A DNA stretch of 64,000 nucleotides from Anthoceros angustus. Lineage: Eukaryota > Plantae > Anthocerotophyta. The DNA lies in the NCBI GenBank assembly GCA_010909165.1, contig VJWM01000178.1, positions 372,001 through 436,000 on the forward strand, read 5' to 3'. The translations under genes were made by a program, and so were the position numbers. Of this stretch, positions 1-13,325 are shown in pieces. The notes below the pieces were generated by a model. It was not told the origin of the DNA. It was given only the letters and a program-made list of their open reading frames with translations, and ran no database searches. Position 1 is the stretch's first letter; the number at the start of each line of letters is the position of its first letter.

Positions 1-3000
1 AGAAGAAGCGCAGGAGCTGGTGGGAGGTTTGCGAGCACAGCCTCCTGGCCTCTCCTCTGCTCTGCTCTCCTCCCCTCCCCTCCCCTCTCCTCTCCCCTGC
101 TCTCCTTTCCTTTCCTCTCCTCTCCTCTCCTCTCCTTTTCACTGGGGAGCACGCCAAGAGCAGCGGCCGAGAAGGCGCTGATGGCAATGAATGAAGGAGG
201 CAGAGGCGGCAGCAGCAGGACCAGCTGCAAATCGCAAGCGACGGCAGCAGAAGATCCGGCTGCAGGCTGCAGGCTGCAGGCTGCAGGCTGCGGGCGCACA
301 GGTTGCGAGCGGAGAGGGGGATGCGGGGAGCAGGGCAGGGGTGAGCTCTAGATGCGGTGCAGCAGCAGAAGACGCGCAAACGTCACAGGCGCGGAGGAGG
401 CGGCGTTGAGAGATTGGGCCAGAATTGAGGGTGGAGGTCGGGGATGGCAGCAGGCGTGCGCGTTGGGCAAACCTGGAGCGGGCATTGAAGTAGGAAGGTG
501 GCAGGCCAGCTCCGTCCGTCCTGTCCTGTCCTGTCCCGTGCCGTCCGTCCCGTGCGGGATAGGCTAGAGACGAAGGCGGGCCGGGGCCGGGGCCGGGGCC
601 GGGCGCCGGGCAGCACCTGGCCGGGCCGGGCTGGCCGGCCCAGCCCGGCCGGGCTGTTTGCCCTAGACTAACTCTAACTTAGCGCGCGAAAGCGGGAACA
701 GGAGCCCTGAGGCGGTGGTCGTTGGCGCTGGTCGTTGGGATCATGGATGGAGATGCAGGCGGGAGGAGTCGATCATCCATCGTCGATCGTCGATCCGGCA
801 ACGCCATTCTAAATCTACATCGGGCAGGGGGGACTGGGTTGCATTATTGAGTGACAAATGCGGCAAGTGCAAAGGGCGTGGACAACACAACAGCCCAACA
901 GCCCCAGGGGTGTGTAACCCGTAACGCTCGACAGTGGCAGTGGCGGGGTGGGTTTGTAACTTTGTCGGGACAACCTGACAGCCGGGCCCGGTTCGAACTC
1001 GAACCCGGCGCGGACTCTGCTTCCGCTTCTGACCACGGCAGCGGTTACAGTACGCAGCGCTGTGGTTGGGCACAAAGTATTTGACTTATGGGCGAGCTCC
1101 GGGCGCGAAGCCGAAGCCGAGGCCGAGGCCGAGGCCGGGCACGCTGGAATCTTCCAGCGGCCTCGGCAGGGCAGGGTTGGGGGGACTCGCGCGCGGAGCA
1201 GTAATATGTAATATCGGCGTAAGCACGTCTGTGCTGGCGCTGGCGCTGGCGCTGGCGCTGGCACGGACGTGTGAAAAGGGGCTATGTGGTTCGAGGTTGA
1301 GGGTGGCGATGCTGCTGTCCCTGCAGCTCCGACAGGCCTGGCCCCCCTGCCTGCTTTGCTGCTTGCCGCTTGCCTGTGGCGACTGTGGCTGTGGCTGTGG
1401 CTGTGGCTGTGAACTCAGCGCAAGCGGATTCCTTTAGGTTAAGTGGGGGCCCACTGAGGCCGCCTAAGTGGGGGCCCAGCCGGGCGGATGATCATCATTC
1501 AAGCATGACAGGATTGTTAAGGACACGCGTCTGTGGCAGAGGGGCAGCGGGGCATAGGCCAGAGGCAGGGGCAGAGGCAGAGGCGTAACGGGACGTGGCG
1601 CTCTCCCAACCGTCCCGTAACCCCGTTCCCGCTTCCTCCCCTGCCGTTACGTTACGCTGCACCAGCGTACTGTAACGTCTCTCACAGCGCTGCTCCTCTC
1701 CGCTGCTGCTGCTGCTGCTGCTGCTTCTGCTTCTGCTCTGTTTTGTGCTGCACTGACTTAATCTTTTAGTCCACAAAGATGGCTGTGAATATGGAGACTT
1801 TGCTGTGCAGTAATTGCTTTCCCTTACCATTTTATCTTTTTCTTTGCCTTGGCCATGCCTCGCCTTCCCTTGCCTTGCCCTGCCCTGCCTTGCCCTGCCC
1901 TGCCCTTCCCTGCCCTGCCTTGCCCTGCCCTGCCTTGCCCTGCCTTGCATTGCCCTGCCTTGCTCTGCAGCTCACCGTACTCAAAAGACTAATAAGGCAC
2001 GGGCACAGGTGAGGAGAGGAAGTTTGCAATTGCGTCTGCGTTTGAGTGTGCGTCTGCTCTCCTGACACGCTGCTGCACACAGTCTGGCTGCAGCGAGGAG
2101 CAGGAGAGGCCAGTCAAGGGGAGATGAGAAGGGCCCCTAGGGGACCCTGGTCAATCAATGAGTTTTTTAGAGGGGACGGGGAGGCTTGAGGGGATGCTGG
2201 TGCCCATGGAGGCCCCATTCCGATGGCCCGGGATCGGGAGGGAATGGTTACTTTATCGCACCGACCATTCCCGATTCTACAGCGCGGGTGGCAGCACAGC
2301 CCAGCCCAGCCCAGCCCAGCAAGATCCAGTGGGTGGACACAGGCAGGCGCATCATTTTTATTGCGGTGGTGGGGCGGCCCAGGTGCAGGTCCAGGCGAGA
2401 GTGAAGAGACTAGTCCGTCCCTGTAGGCTGTTACCACCCCGCTCGCTGTGCTGCGAGGTGGAGGTCCGGGTTCTGGTCCAGGTCCAGGTCCAGGTCCAGG
2501 CCAGGCCCAAGCCAGGCCGAGGCCGGGCCACCGGCCGGACTGCAGCTGCAGCTGCAGAGCTGGGCAAGTGCGATGGTCGGTTTTCGATGCAGATTTTGGT
2601 GTACTTGCGTGAGAAGGCAGATAGCTATATAGATAGATGGACAGAAAAGATACATGATAAGCGGAGGGTGAGCAGCGTAGGTGTAGGAGTCGGAGTCGGA
2701 GTCGGAGTCGGAGTCGGAGTCGGAGTCGGACAGCCTTCTGTCAAGAGAGCGTAATGGAATGGAATGGAATCAAACAAACCGGTGTCCAGTGCAGTGCAGC
2801 GTCTGGTCTGGCGTGGCGTGGTCCTGGCCGGCCTGGGGCCTGGCATGGGGCCCCTGCCAAAATGGTTACAGCAGCAGCTGCAGCGCTTGCTGGAACATGA
2901 TTTTTTACCTCGTAGAGCGACCCAGTCTTTGTCTAGAGAGGTTAACAAGACATGATGATCTAGAGAGACGAATTTGAGCGAGGCCGAGGGCCGAGGGCCG

Positions 3001-3200
3001 AGGACCGAGGGCCGAGGGCTCAGGGCGGGAGCAGCTGGTGGACGAACGGAGTGTGTCGTCTTGCAGCCGTTTTCTTATTGCCTTTAGGCGTGGTGTGTAC
3101 TTGCAGGGGGCCAGTGGCCCCCCTGTTGCAGGTTGCAGGCTGCAGGCTGCAGGCTGCAGGCTGCAGGCTGCAGGCCAGGCTGCTTTTGCACTCGCAAAGC
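1..3200. repeat. GC-rich microsatellite/low-complexity tract: (CTCTC)n, (GGCTGCA)n, (GGGGCC)n, (CTGGCG)n, (CCTTG/CCCTG)n, (GGAGTC)n, (CAGGTC)n
   Basis: Directly visible arrays, e.g. 60-135, 258-292, 578-612, 1232-1262, 1865-1962, 2686-2730 and 3135-3175. ORFs here are repeat translations. Confidence 0.9.
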
Positions 3201-4970
3201 TTCTAGAGCGTCGTCCAGAGGGCGTGGCCTGTAGCCTGGCTTTCTCGTGCTTTGTCCTCTACTCTTGTCTAATGCAACCTTTGCCTCAGGGCTCTCAGCC
3301 TGGGACACTCATAGGCTGCCTTCACTTTTCCTTCCAGTGCCTGCAGTCCCTTCCAGGCTTCGATGCGATCCTCCCCTGTCACCGAAGCTGCAAGTAATAA
3401 GTGCCCGCTTCGTACTGTACCCTTTTTCTTCTTCAAGGCAGGCGCCGCACCGCACCTCCTCCTGCTCCTGCTTCTTAATCCTTTTCGGCATACGTATATG
3501 GTATGCCATGGACGCAATGGGCAGTGAGTGGCACGCAATAGGCATGCTTACACGTGAATAAAGAAGGCATATTCAAAGTTTGGGAGCAAGTGAAATGCTC
3601 GTGCACAACTAGCCAGGCCACAGCTGTCATGGGCTTGGCTTCTCCTCGGAACAACACGACAGAAACTGAAGCAAGCAACCCTGCAAGCCTGCAAGCCTGC
3701 AAGCCTGGAGCGCCGGGGGAAAGAGAGAAAGGAGAAAATCATGCGGCACGTCTTGTGTGCCACAGCCGCCTTATCGTGTTCATAGCCTATCAGCGCAAGC
3801 TCGGTTTTTATTCTCCTCAGTCTCAGTCTCAGTCCCCCGGAGTCCGGGACTCCCACTCCGGAATCCGGGGCCTGTAAAGTTTTGGCGTCCTTCTCCGCTG
3901 CCAGCGGACGGACTGTGACGCAAGTACGCTTACATAACTGCAGGTCACATTGTGGTAGATGCCAAGTACAAGCCCACTTTCCACCATGCAAAACGCCCAC
4001 CGCCGCCCACTCTCCAGTTTCTGCCCTTTTTCTGAGTAAAAACCTTTCCTATAAAATCTAACACTTTCTACACGGAGTGTAGCGTCAAACTTGCCTTATA
4101 TGTATCTCTTACCAACATGATTTTTGTGGAGATAGACCCATCAGTTAAGTTGTGGTCGACCATGTGAGCAGAAATGTATCACGGTATGATTCGTACCTAG
4201 ATTGACAGCTCACTCAACCACCTTGTAAGAGAGAAAGAGACGTGAGATGTGGGTACACTAATTATTGTCTTTTAAGTTCACGTGAAGTGTACGATCCGAG
4301 TTATTTTTCTTCAATATCGTCCATCCTATCCAAGAGTCGTCCACGTCCATTCTATCCAAGAACCGTTGGTTTCTCTTCTCTATCTCTTCCGACAATTTTC
4401 GGTCTCCATGTATGTATGAGCAGCTAGATCTCAACTTTGCAAGATATGAAGGTGTGAAAAAAACACTAAAGCCATATATCCACAAGTTGGTAGTGAGGAC
4501 AAAGAAAACAAACCCAACCAAGCGCAGCATCTAGGGAACGATGATATAGAAAATGATTAGCGAAGCAAGAGGCGGGACAAAAGGCATGTTGCTTACCAGG
4601 GAAACATATTTGTCTGGGTGAAGGGAGGAGGTTGAATGCGGGAGATGTGGTTTAAAAATGGAGGGGAGGAATGTTTGTCCGAAGGCGAAGGCTCCCAGGC
4701 TGCCAGGCTCCCAGGCTGCCGGGCTCCCAGGCTCCCAGGCTCCCAGGCTCCCTGGGCACCAGGTGATAACGATGACAGCACGGCGGGGCAGAGCCCTTTG
4801 GAGCCAACCAAAGCCAAAGGCTAAGGAGATGGGAAGGGACAGGCCACGGCCCCACGGACGAGCGAACGAAGGAACGGACGGACCGGCCTTTGCTTTTTGA
4901 CGGATGTCAACAGCGCCCGTCCGTGTGGTGTTCCGGGATTAGGGGATTAGGTTAGCTGCAGCCTGCCTGC

Positions 4971-6239
4971 GGCCGCTGCCGCTGCCGGGTGGTGCGTTAC
5001 GGAGTTAGGCAGCTGCGTGCCGCCATGAGCTGGCGAATGCGGCTTGAGAGAGACAGTGGGACGAAGGAAGCTTGGCAGGGCAGTTGAAAGGAAGCCCTAG
5101 TTCGCGGCAAGCCCTAATTCGTGGAGTCGGGACGGGACGAGACGAGACGAGACGAGACGAGGCGAGACGGATCTGTTGGCGGTGGCGGGGTGGCGGGTGC
5201 GATGTCCGCGCCCAAGGCGTTAGCTTTGACTGATGAGAGGAGAGGAGAGGAAAGATCTGATGGGAGGGCGCCAGCGGCCAGCGGCCAGCGGCCAGCCGGC
5301 GCGAGTCGCGAGTCGCAAGTCGCGCATCAAGGGGCCATGATCCATCCCATGTGTGAACCCATGTGGGGCCGAGAAGGATCGTTTTCACACCAGCGGGTGA
5401 CAGCAGCCCGCGGCAAGAGTCTACCACACGCTTCTGCCAGCCCATTCAACTGAAAAGGGGAGCGCCGAGGACGACGCAAAACTGCTCCAGACGACAGGGC
5501 AATGGAAGCCTGTTTGGACTGTTGGACGCAAAGCAAAGCAAAGCAAAGGAAAAGGGAGATGGGCGGTACTGGCGCGCCACGTTCTAGGCCGGGCCACCGG
5601 CCGCTGCCGCTGCCGGGTGGTGCGTTACGGAGTTAGGCAGCTGCGTGCCGCCATGAGCTGGCGAATGCGGCTTGAGAGAGACAGTGGGACGAAGGAAGCT
5701 TGGCAGGGCAGTTGAAAGGAAGCCCTAGTTCGCGGCAAGCCCTAATTCGTGGAGTCGGGACGGACGAGACGAGACGAGACGAGACGAGGCGAGACGGATC
5801 TGTTGGCGGTGGCGGTGGCGGGTGCGATGTCCGCGCCCAAGGCGTTAGCTTTGACTGATGAGAGGAGAGGAGAGGAAAGATCTGATGGGAGGGCGCCAGC
5901 GGCCAGCGGCCAGCGGCCAGCCGGCGCGAGTCGCGAGTCGCAAGTCGCGCATCAAGGGGCCATGATCCATCCCATGTGTGAACCCATGTGGGGCCGAGAA
6001 GGATCGTTTTCACACCAGCGGGTGACAGCAGCCCGCGGCAAGAGTCTACCACACGCTTCTGCCAGCCCATTCAACTGAAAAAAGGGGAGCGCCGAGGACG
6101 ACGCAAAAACTGCTCCAGACGACAGGGCAATGGAAGCCTGTTTGGACTGTTGGACGCAAAGCAAAGCAAAGCAAAGGAAAAGGGGAGATGGGCGGTACTG
6201 GCGCGCCACGTTCTAGGCCGGGCCACCGGGCCGCTGCCC
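4971..6239. repeat. Tandem duplication of a ~630-bp GC-rich unit (4971-5598; 5599-6229)
   Basis: The copies differ almost only by short indels, mostly in homopolymers. GGCCGCTGCC microhomology is present at the junctions. Confidence 0.95.
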
Positions 6240-9200
6240 AAAAGCCTGACAGGGATCGACCTCAGCCTGCACTCCATCCACTCCCCTTGCCCTGCTCGCC
6301 CATGACATGCGGGCACAACCAGAAACTCACATCTCTCACACACGCCTCGCGCACCTCCCGACTCCACTGTAACAGATAATGCGATGGGCATTCATGGCGG
6401 ACATGGAAATGGGACCAGCCAGCAGCCAGCAGCCAGCCTTTGCCCTGGGCCTTCCAGCCATCCAGCCAGCCTAGGGCCCTAGCCAGGCATGGCCTACAAT
6501 CAAGGCCGGGCTCCCAGGGACAAGAGCATGATACGCCGCGCCATCACTTCGACTCATCAAACCGCTCTTGTCTCCCCGCCACGAGGTCTTTGCTGATTAC
6601 TCCCTGGGCCATCATCATCATCAATATATTCCTGCCCTATTCAAGGCATCACACCACATCCCAGTGCATTGCACTGTCTGCCCTACCTCTCTCCTCCTTT
6701 CCCACCTACGAGGCTACGACATACAAATTGCAGCAGAAGCCGCAGCAGCAGCAGCGGCAGGCGCAGGAGCATCCAATGGCAGTGCCTCATTCTTTGTATG
6801 ATTTTGGTATTTGGCCATGGTAATGCGTGTGGCATATGCTGCTCAGTCTCTCTGCGGAATGAGAATGCAGAGCGTCGGGCTAGATACTGCAGATATGGAA
6901 TTATTGCGCCACAACTCCCTACTCATACCACGCCTGTGACCTCTGTCCTTCCCGCACTTCACTGCATTGAAACCGTAACTTCATGCATGTCTGCCAGAAT
7001 CTGCAACAGCTGATGCTGTTGATGATCTCACAGGCCGGGAGACCCAGTCCAAGCTAAAAAGAAGCCTTGCCTTGCCTTGCCTTGCCTTGCCTGCTGCAGC
7101 AGAGGCATCCTCTCGTACATGCATGAAATATTTTTGTATTTCCCGTTGCTCATGGCGCCTGCACAGGTTTCCGTTACATCCAAAGCAAGCTGCTGGTGCT
7201 GCAGGTGCAGGTGCAGATGCAGATTGCATGGCAGGGGAGGGCTAATTAATCCATGCGCCTTGTGTTGGTGCGAACTCCACAGCTTCTTTGTTTGCTTCAT
7301 GCTCATTGCTGGATGCTGATTCCTCACCGTGTAGGAGTGTGAAGCCTGTTCGCCACAACACCCACCCCCATAAAGGGCCTCATTCATAGCCGCAGGGAGG
7401 TGTGACGCGGCCCGTTCTTGGCTGTTAGGGAGAAGCCCAGCATTGATTTCCACACCCTGCGTCCAGCAGGCCAGCCGGCCAGCCAGCCAGACGCACGCAG
7501 CGGCACTCCTGCACCTTGTTCCGTTAGCTAACTGTGGTAAGCATGGCAGTGAGCGGCCCGTTTCTGGCCTCACCTGCCTGCCTGCTCCGTTTGCAAGACG
7601 CTGCCGTTCGTACGGCTCTCTCATGACGCTGCCGTTGCTGGCGCACAGCTGGGATGCATACAACATTCAACATGTCCAGGCTCCCCCACAACCCCGCGCT
7701 CCAGCTCCAGCTCGAGCTGCAGCCTGCTGCCTGCACTCGTGAACTCGTGTTGTGGAGTGGACCCCATGGCATCCAATCCGCGGCCTCGTCTCCAGGCTGC
7801 TTCGAGTTCTGCACTCCTGCACACCCATTTACACCAAGGCTCTAGGCTGTAGCATGTCATGACGGTCCGGGCCCGGCCGCAGAATCATCAGCCTCCCATC
7901 ATGCACTTTCTCCCTCACCACATGCAAGCAAGGAACGAAGCTGCAACAAAGCTTTCATGCAAGGAAAGGAAAGGAGTGGCTGATGAATTAGGTCATGCAT
8001 CATCGCCCAGTTTCCGTGGCACTGTCCCGACTCCCACTCCGGTGCATGCTGGTACACACCATGTGGTATTGTACACTGCAGTTGGGCCCATCGGGATTTA
8101 TATCCCCGCCGTATGCCCCATTCATGGCCTGCACCACCGCCCTAGGTCGCTTGGCCGCTTCTACCATGGGTTCACACACTCGTAGGTTGCTTCTTCCGCT
8201 TCTCCTTCTTCTTCTTCCTTCTTCTTCATGGCCATGGCCACATGCATGCATTCCTTTTCCTTTTCCTTTTCACGGATCGCGGCTGCTGCTGCTGCAAGCC
8301 AAGGACTAGAATAGTGTAGAACTCTCAAGCATATCCGATTCGCAAAGTGAGTGGTGGTGGGTGTGTGTTCAGCCCAAAAGCTCCCAGTGCCTCTGCACTT
8401 TTCTCAAGTTCCACAAAGCCTGGGACAGTGAGTTTGTTCCCCGGTTGACTGGCTTTTGCTTTCTTAGACTTTGTCCTGCCATTGCCTCAATCATCACTTG
8501 TTTACTGTTTTCCTCCCGGATGAGATGATTGTTCCCCCTCCACACACAAACACACATTGCTCAACAAAACACCCTGCTGCAACCCGCAGAGGGCTTCCGT
8601 CTTCCTGGTCCTTCCATAACAAAAGAGCATTACAAATCTCCTCCTCGTCACCATGTCTCCTTCCTTCCTCGCAAAACCGCAGCAGCTCTGCCCACCCTCC
8701 CACACTGTCCACTAAATCGGCTACAAAATGCGTGTGCCCAAAGTACACACCGCACTAAAACCAGCCATGTCCCATGTCCAGCTTAGATCAGGACACATAA
8801 CTCCCCCCCTCCTGGAGCCCACAACAAACACTTGCGTCCTTGTCTCCTCCCAGCCCCGCAAGTACAGCCTGCGCTGCACCTGCACCCATCAGAGGGGCCG
8901 AGGCAGCGGACCCGGAGGGGGATGGGGAAGGGGACGCGGAGCGCTCCATGCATGTGAGTGGATCCATCCCGGCCTCCAGGCGCCCATGATGAATGCATGT
9001 GCACATGTGTGGAATCGGATGCATTCCATACATGCTAAACAAAAGTGGGAAACTCATCAGAGAGCAGACGTCACAACAGGAGTCGCCGTCCGCGGGCCTC
9101 TTTCTCCTCCGGCCCACGGATGCGTGGAAAAGGAGCTCATTCAAACCCGCCTGCCCACTTTCCGCTCCCCGATCTTCTTGCCAGTTGCCCACCGCTTCTT

Positions 9201-10529
9201 CCTTTCCCTCATCAATCACGGCCCTTTCTCGCGCTCCTTGTGATCGTCGCTTCCGGTGCGTGGTCCTCTCAGGCCCTCCATCCCGGAATATCAAGTCAAG
9301 TCATTCAACTCATTCGACTCCCAGCCCATTAATGGCGGATCAGGACTGCCCACAGGATCGGTACCAGCCATTCAATCGCTCTAGGTACGCACCTTCAATG
9401 GCCGGGCCCTTTTTCCATCCACGATTTTGCCAACCCTGTTAACACTTCACCTTCCTTCCTTCTTTCCCAAGTTCGCCATCCCCGCTTCGGGCTTCAGGCT
9501 CCTGCGCACTCCTCTCCTCTCCTGTTCTGTTCTGTCCCGTCCTGCCTGCCAGTGCCAGCTTCCATGGCCTGATGGGATTACATAGCTAGTCAACTTCACT
9601 GATGCTTGCTCCTGGGCACAACGCAAAGCTACACGCACCATGTGACCATGCCCATGATGTGTGGATAAGCAGAGCACAAATTACCTGACCCGGTGCTCAG
9701 CCGTGTGTCACTCATCACCGGGGTCGACATGCTTTGCACTTGCCGGGATCAGTAGGCAGCTGTCGCCCACACGCACCCGTGCCTGTCGCTTGCCAGAAAA
9801 TTACAGCCGCATAACACTACATTGGTGCCGCAGTCCTGCACACCATGACACAGCTCCGGGGACTCCGGAGGTGCCTTCTACACGATTAATGCGTTGACAA
9901 GTTCCATGATTAAGAGGCCCATGATCATAACCACTTCAAGCTTACACTTTGATCAACGACCTTCACCCTCAGGCTGCTGATGCACGCCCGACTGTAGATG
10001 CAAAGCTTCGACCTGGAGATGGCACTGCGATGTACAAATCTGAGTACTGTCTGGGAGACATGCACTGAACTTGAACTTGTCAGATTCATCCAGCATGCTC
10101 CAACCAGTCCACACGTTTGTGCTGGATACCGAAATGCTGATTGCCAGACACAAAATCTCTTCATGACAGAGTATGACTTCCCATTCACACTCGCTATCGG
10201 GGCTCACAATTCAGATTCCTGCCTCCTGACATACAGGGACAGCTACAGCGTGATCGAGTCAAGCCCAGGGCCTTCCTGTGTGAGATCAGGACAGACAACA
10301 CTTGATCACAAAGACGCACTTCTTGCAGAGGCCCCAAGCACCTGCACACACTGCCCACACCTGGCATCTTTGCTTCACTAGCGCTGCCATGCAAGCCTTC
10401 TACGGTGGCAGCAGCTGGGACCTCGAACAAGCAGCATAGGTGTAAGCATGAATCGACCTGAAAGCTGCTGGCTCATTGTAAACCATTAGCTCTGCAATGG
10501 AGGAAAAAGAGATTTTCATCGATATTTTG

Positions 10530-13325
10530 TCAGTCCTGAAAATGGTCTGCTCCCGCTTCAACCTCATCTGTTGTCAGATTGCCATTCTGGGCCATGAAAA
10601 TTCTATACACTCGCCTAGAGCATGCTGGTCCCACTCTAATTCGACTTCCATTTCCGCCCAACGGCGCTTCCTTCGTTAAATCTTGTAGCAGAAGCTCCTT
10701 GTTATGAGCCTGGAATTGTCACCCACAAGCAACACTGGTGAGTCCTGACCAGAATGCAATAATATGCCCACACAAAGTCCACTCGACAGCTCTGATACCA
10801 CTACGTTGCACCAAACCAAAACTATCAGGACAGGCCACAAGTCCGAAACTCACACTCATGCTGGGGTCCAGGTAAGCGTTCAGAAGCGCTCTCATATTCG
10901 GATATTTCTTTGCAATTGCCATTGCACATGCGCCGGATAGTCTTGGAAGAGCTACCAAGGCTTTCAGCCTGACATCATGTCAACTCCATCAGGTTCCTCT
11001 AGCTAAACGAAAAGCTGACAAGATCGAAAGACATCCCGTGACATAATATCAAGGCTAGAAAAATGTCATTCCCAGCATCTCCAAGTACATACCATGGACT
11101 CTTTTTAATCACAGCCTTGTGTGGATCGTTCTTCACAACATGCTCGCCATTTTTGCTCACGGAGAGATAAGTCAGCTTGGGTCTGTAGCCATCAGGAAAG
11201 ACAAACATCAGTCTCCATCTATTTTCATCAAGAAGTCCACAGCAAACTTATGATGCACAGATGGTGCTCCACAAGTATCCAGAACATACTTGAACGGAGT
11301 TTTTGCTAGATTCTGCATTAAACCGACAATGTGGTCTGCAACTTCAGCTTCGTCCAAGCAGAGGCGGGAATGTACTCCAGCATAGTGCGTCACAAACTCT
11401 GCTAAGGCCTGTCTACATTGAGAGACGACATCAGATGGACATCCACTCATGCAACCACACTAAAAAAAGCGTAGCGTTACCTGTTCAACAGGAGGTCGAA
11501 CCCAGCTTGAGCTGGATTGCTTATACTGAGCTTGATCCCTGCTAGCAAAAGAAACCCGTCAGAATCCAGCCAGAGATGCAACCCAGATCTCAATTCTGAT
11601 GGGATCAGTTAAGCTTTCATTTGTAACTGACCCCATCTGTAGCAGCTCACCAACATGAACAAGATATTCTTACCTTTGCTTCAGGTACCACGTCAGCTTG
11701 TTGATCAGATAACAGACAGTGAAACCCGGGTATTGTTCTTGTAAGCTGTCCACATGCTTTTGCAGCTCGTTTCGTTCAACCATATTTGAAAACTCCTCTC
11801 CTTCTAATACTATTATCACATATGGGATGGTCACATCCTCTAACTGCAGCTGTGACACGGTGGCGCAAATAATCCTGTTCAGCTCCTTGACTTCTCCTTG
11901 CACTACTTTTCATTTTCGGCTGAAAAACCTACTCCTTCCACAGAAAACCACTCTATCTGATGCTAGCAGAGCAAGCATGATTGAGCTTTTAGTACCTGAG
12001 AGTCTCTACAGGGATCTCTCTGGCTGCTTTCCTCAGGATCTTCCTCATCAGGTACATCCCCTTCTGCATCAGTAGACGGCCTTTTTGTGGTCCAGAGGAT
12101 CGTCCTGCTGACAGGGTTTGCAACTATGTGGTACTTCAAGCTTTTCTCACTCAAACGAGTAAGCAGTGGGCCTGCCAAACGCGCAAGGTGAATCATTTGA
12201 AAACTTCGAAGCATGCAGCTGATCTTCTGGACCACAAAACCAGAACAGGAACAAAAACTGAAAGAAACGCTCATGACGCGAGAAAATTGAGTCACGAGTC
12301 ACCTGCCTCCAATAGTGCCTTTCTCCACGACTTTTGTGTCGATGAAGGCCACAGTGTTCTCAATGGCAAACCTCCCTTTTTCCCATTTGCTCTTTTCCTG
12401 CTCAAGCTTCCTTCTTTCTGCTGCTCCAGCTTTAGCCTGCTCTCTTCTAGTCTTCTCCTCCTACGTAGACAAAGAGACAGCATCAAATTGACCCAGACCG
12501 TTCACTTTGAAGAATTCGCTGTTTCATCATCACCTTGAATCGCTAAATCAGCAACTCTACCTCTTTCTGCTGCCTGTTCAACTCCTGTCGCTCTTTCTTC
12601 TCCTCCTCCTTCCGCAATTTCTCAGCAGCTCGTGCCTCCAGTTTTCTCTGCTTCTCTGCCTCCTTCTGCGCTTGCTTTTCAGCTTGACTCCGAGCTCTTT
12701 CCTCTTGCGTTAGAGTTCCACTTCCGGCCCTCTCAGTCCTCTTCAACCTCTTCCCTCGACCAGCTTCCAGTGCTTGTGATGATGACCTACCCACGTCAAC
12801 ATTCCCATCGCCCATCTCGTTCCATTCCGGAGAATCAGCTGAAGCCTGGCCCTCGCTGTAGCACACGCCTGTCTGCCTCTGCCCATCTCGATTCTCACTC
12901 AACCCAATCTCACAAGCCTTGCCGGGCACACCAAATGGCTGGAGCCAGTCAAGATCCGCCTCCTTCTCACCCACAACAGACCTGGCTGATCCCATTCCCT
13001 CAAGCTGCACCACCGCCCCCCGAGGCGCATCGTTCTCATCCCCAAGCCCCAAACCCCTTCCCTCGATCTTCTTCTCCGCCAATCTTGCCCCATGGAAAGG
13101 CTTCCTCTTTTTGAACCAGTCCACAATGCTCCTCACCTCCTTCTCCGCAGCCGCATTGTAGTCGTGCAAAACTCGACTACCCGCGGCCAAAGGCTTCACA
13201 CCAATTCTCTCCCCCACAACCTTCAGCGACTCCTCCGACTCCTGGTCCGACTCCAGGTGCACAACCGCTACAGGAGGGTCCTCGGGGTCCGAGTCCGAGA
13301 GGCAAACAACCTCGCGCGGCGACAT
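10530..13325 (-). CDS. EME1: Crossover junction endonuclease EME1 (MUS81 partner), multi-exon
   Basis: Start MSPREVVCLSDSD, a K/E-rich coiled coil, ERCC4-like segments (LKYHIVANPVSRTILW; IPYVIIVLEGEEF; PGFTVCYLINKL; DEAEVADHIVGLMQNLAKTPFK), an HhH region (ALVALPRLSGACAMAIAKKYPNMRALLNAY) and C-terminus RVGPACSRRVYRIFMAQNG...DHFQD*. GT-AG introns separate the segments. Confidence 0.9.

Noticed and set aside
578-612. (GGGGCC)n G-quadruplex-forming repeat
   Set aside because: Only ~4 units among many similar GC microsatellites, with no sign of specific function.
985-1010. GGTTCGAACTC (also GGTTCGAACCC at ~59130) as a tRNA/SINE B-box
   Set aside because: No A-box, cloverleaf or poly-T terminator was found.
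191-3400. Many 60-200 aa ORFs in the GC-rich first 3.4 kb
   Set aside because: They are translations of microsatellites (PCPAL, GVGVG, RLQAAG) with no domain similarity.
7274-7292. TCCACAGCTTCTTTG resembling miR396
   Set aside because: Only a partial match, and no hairpin partner.
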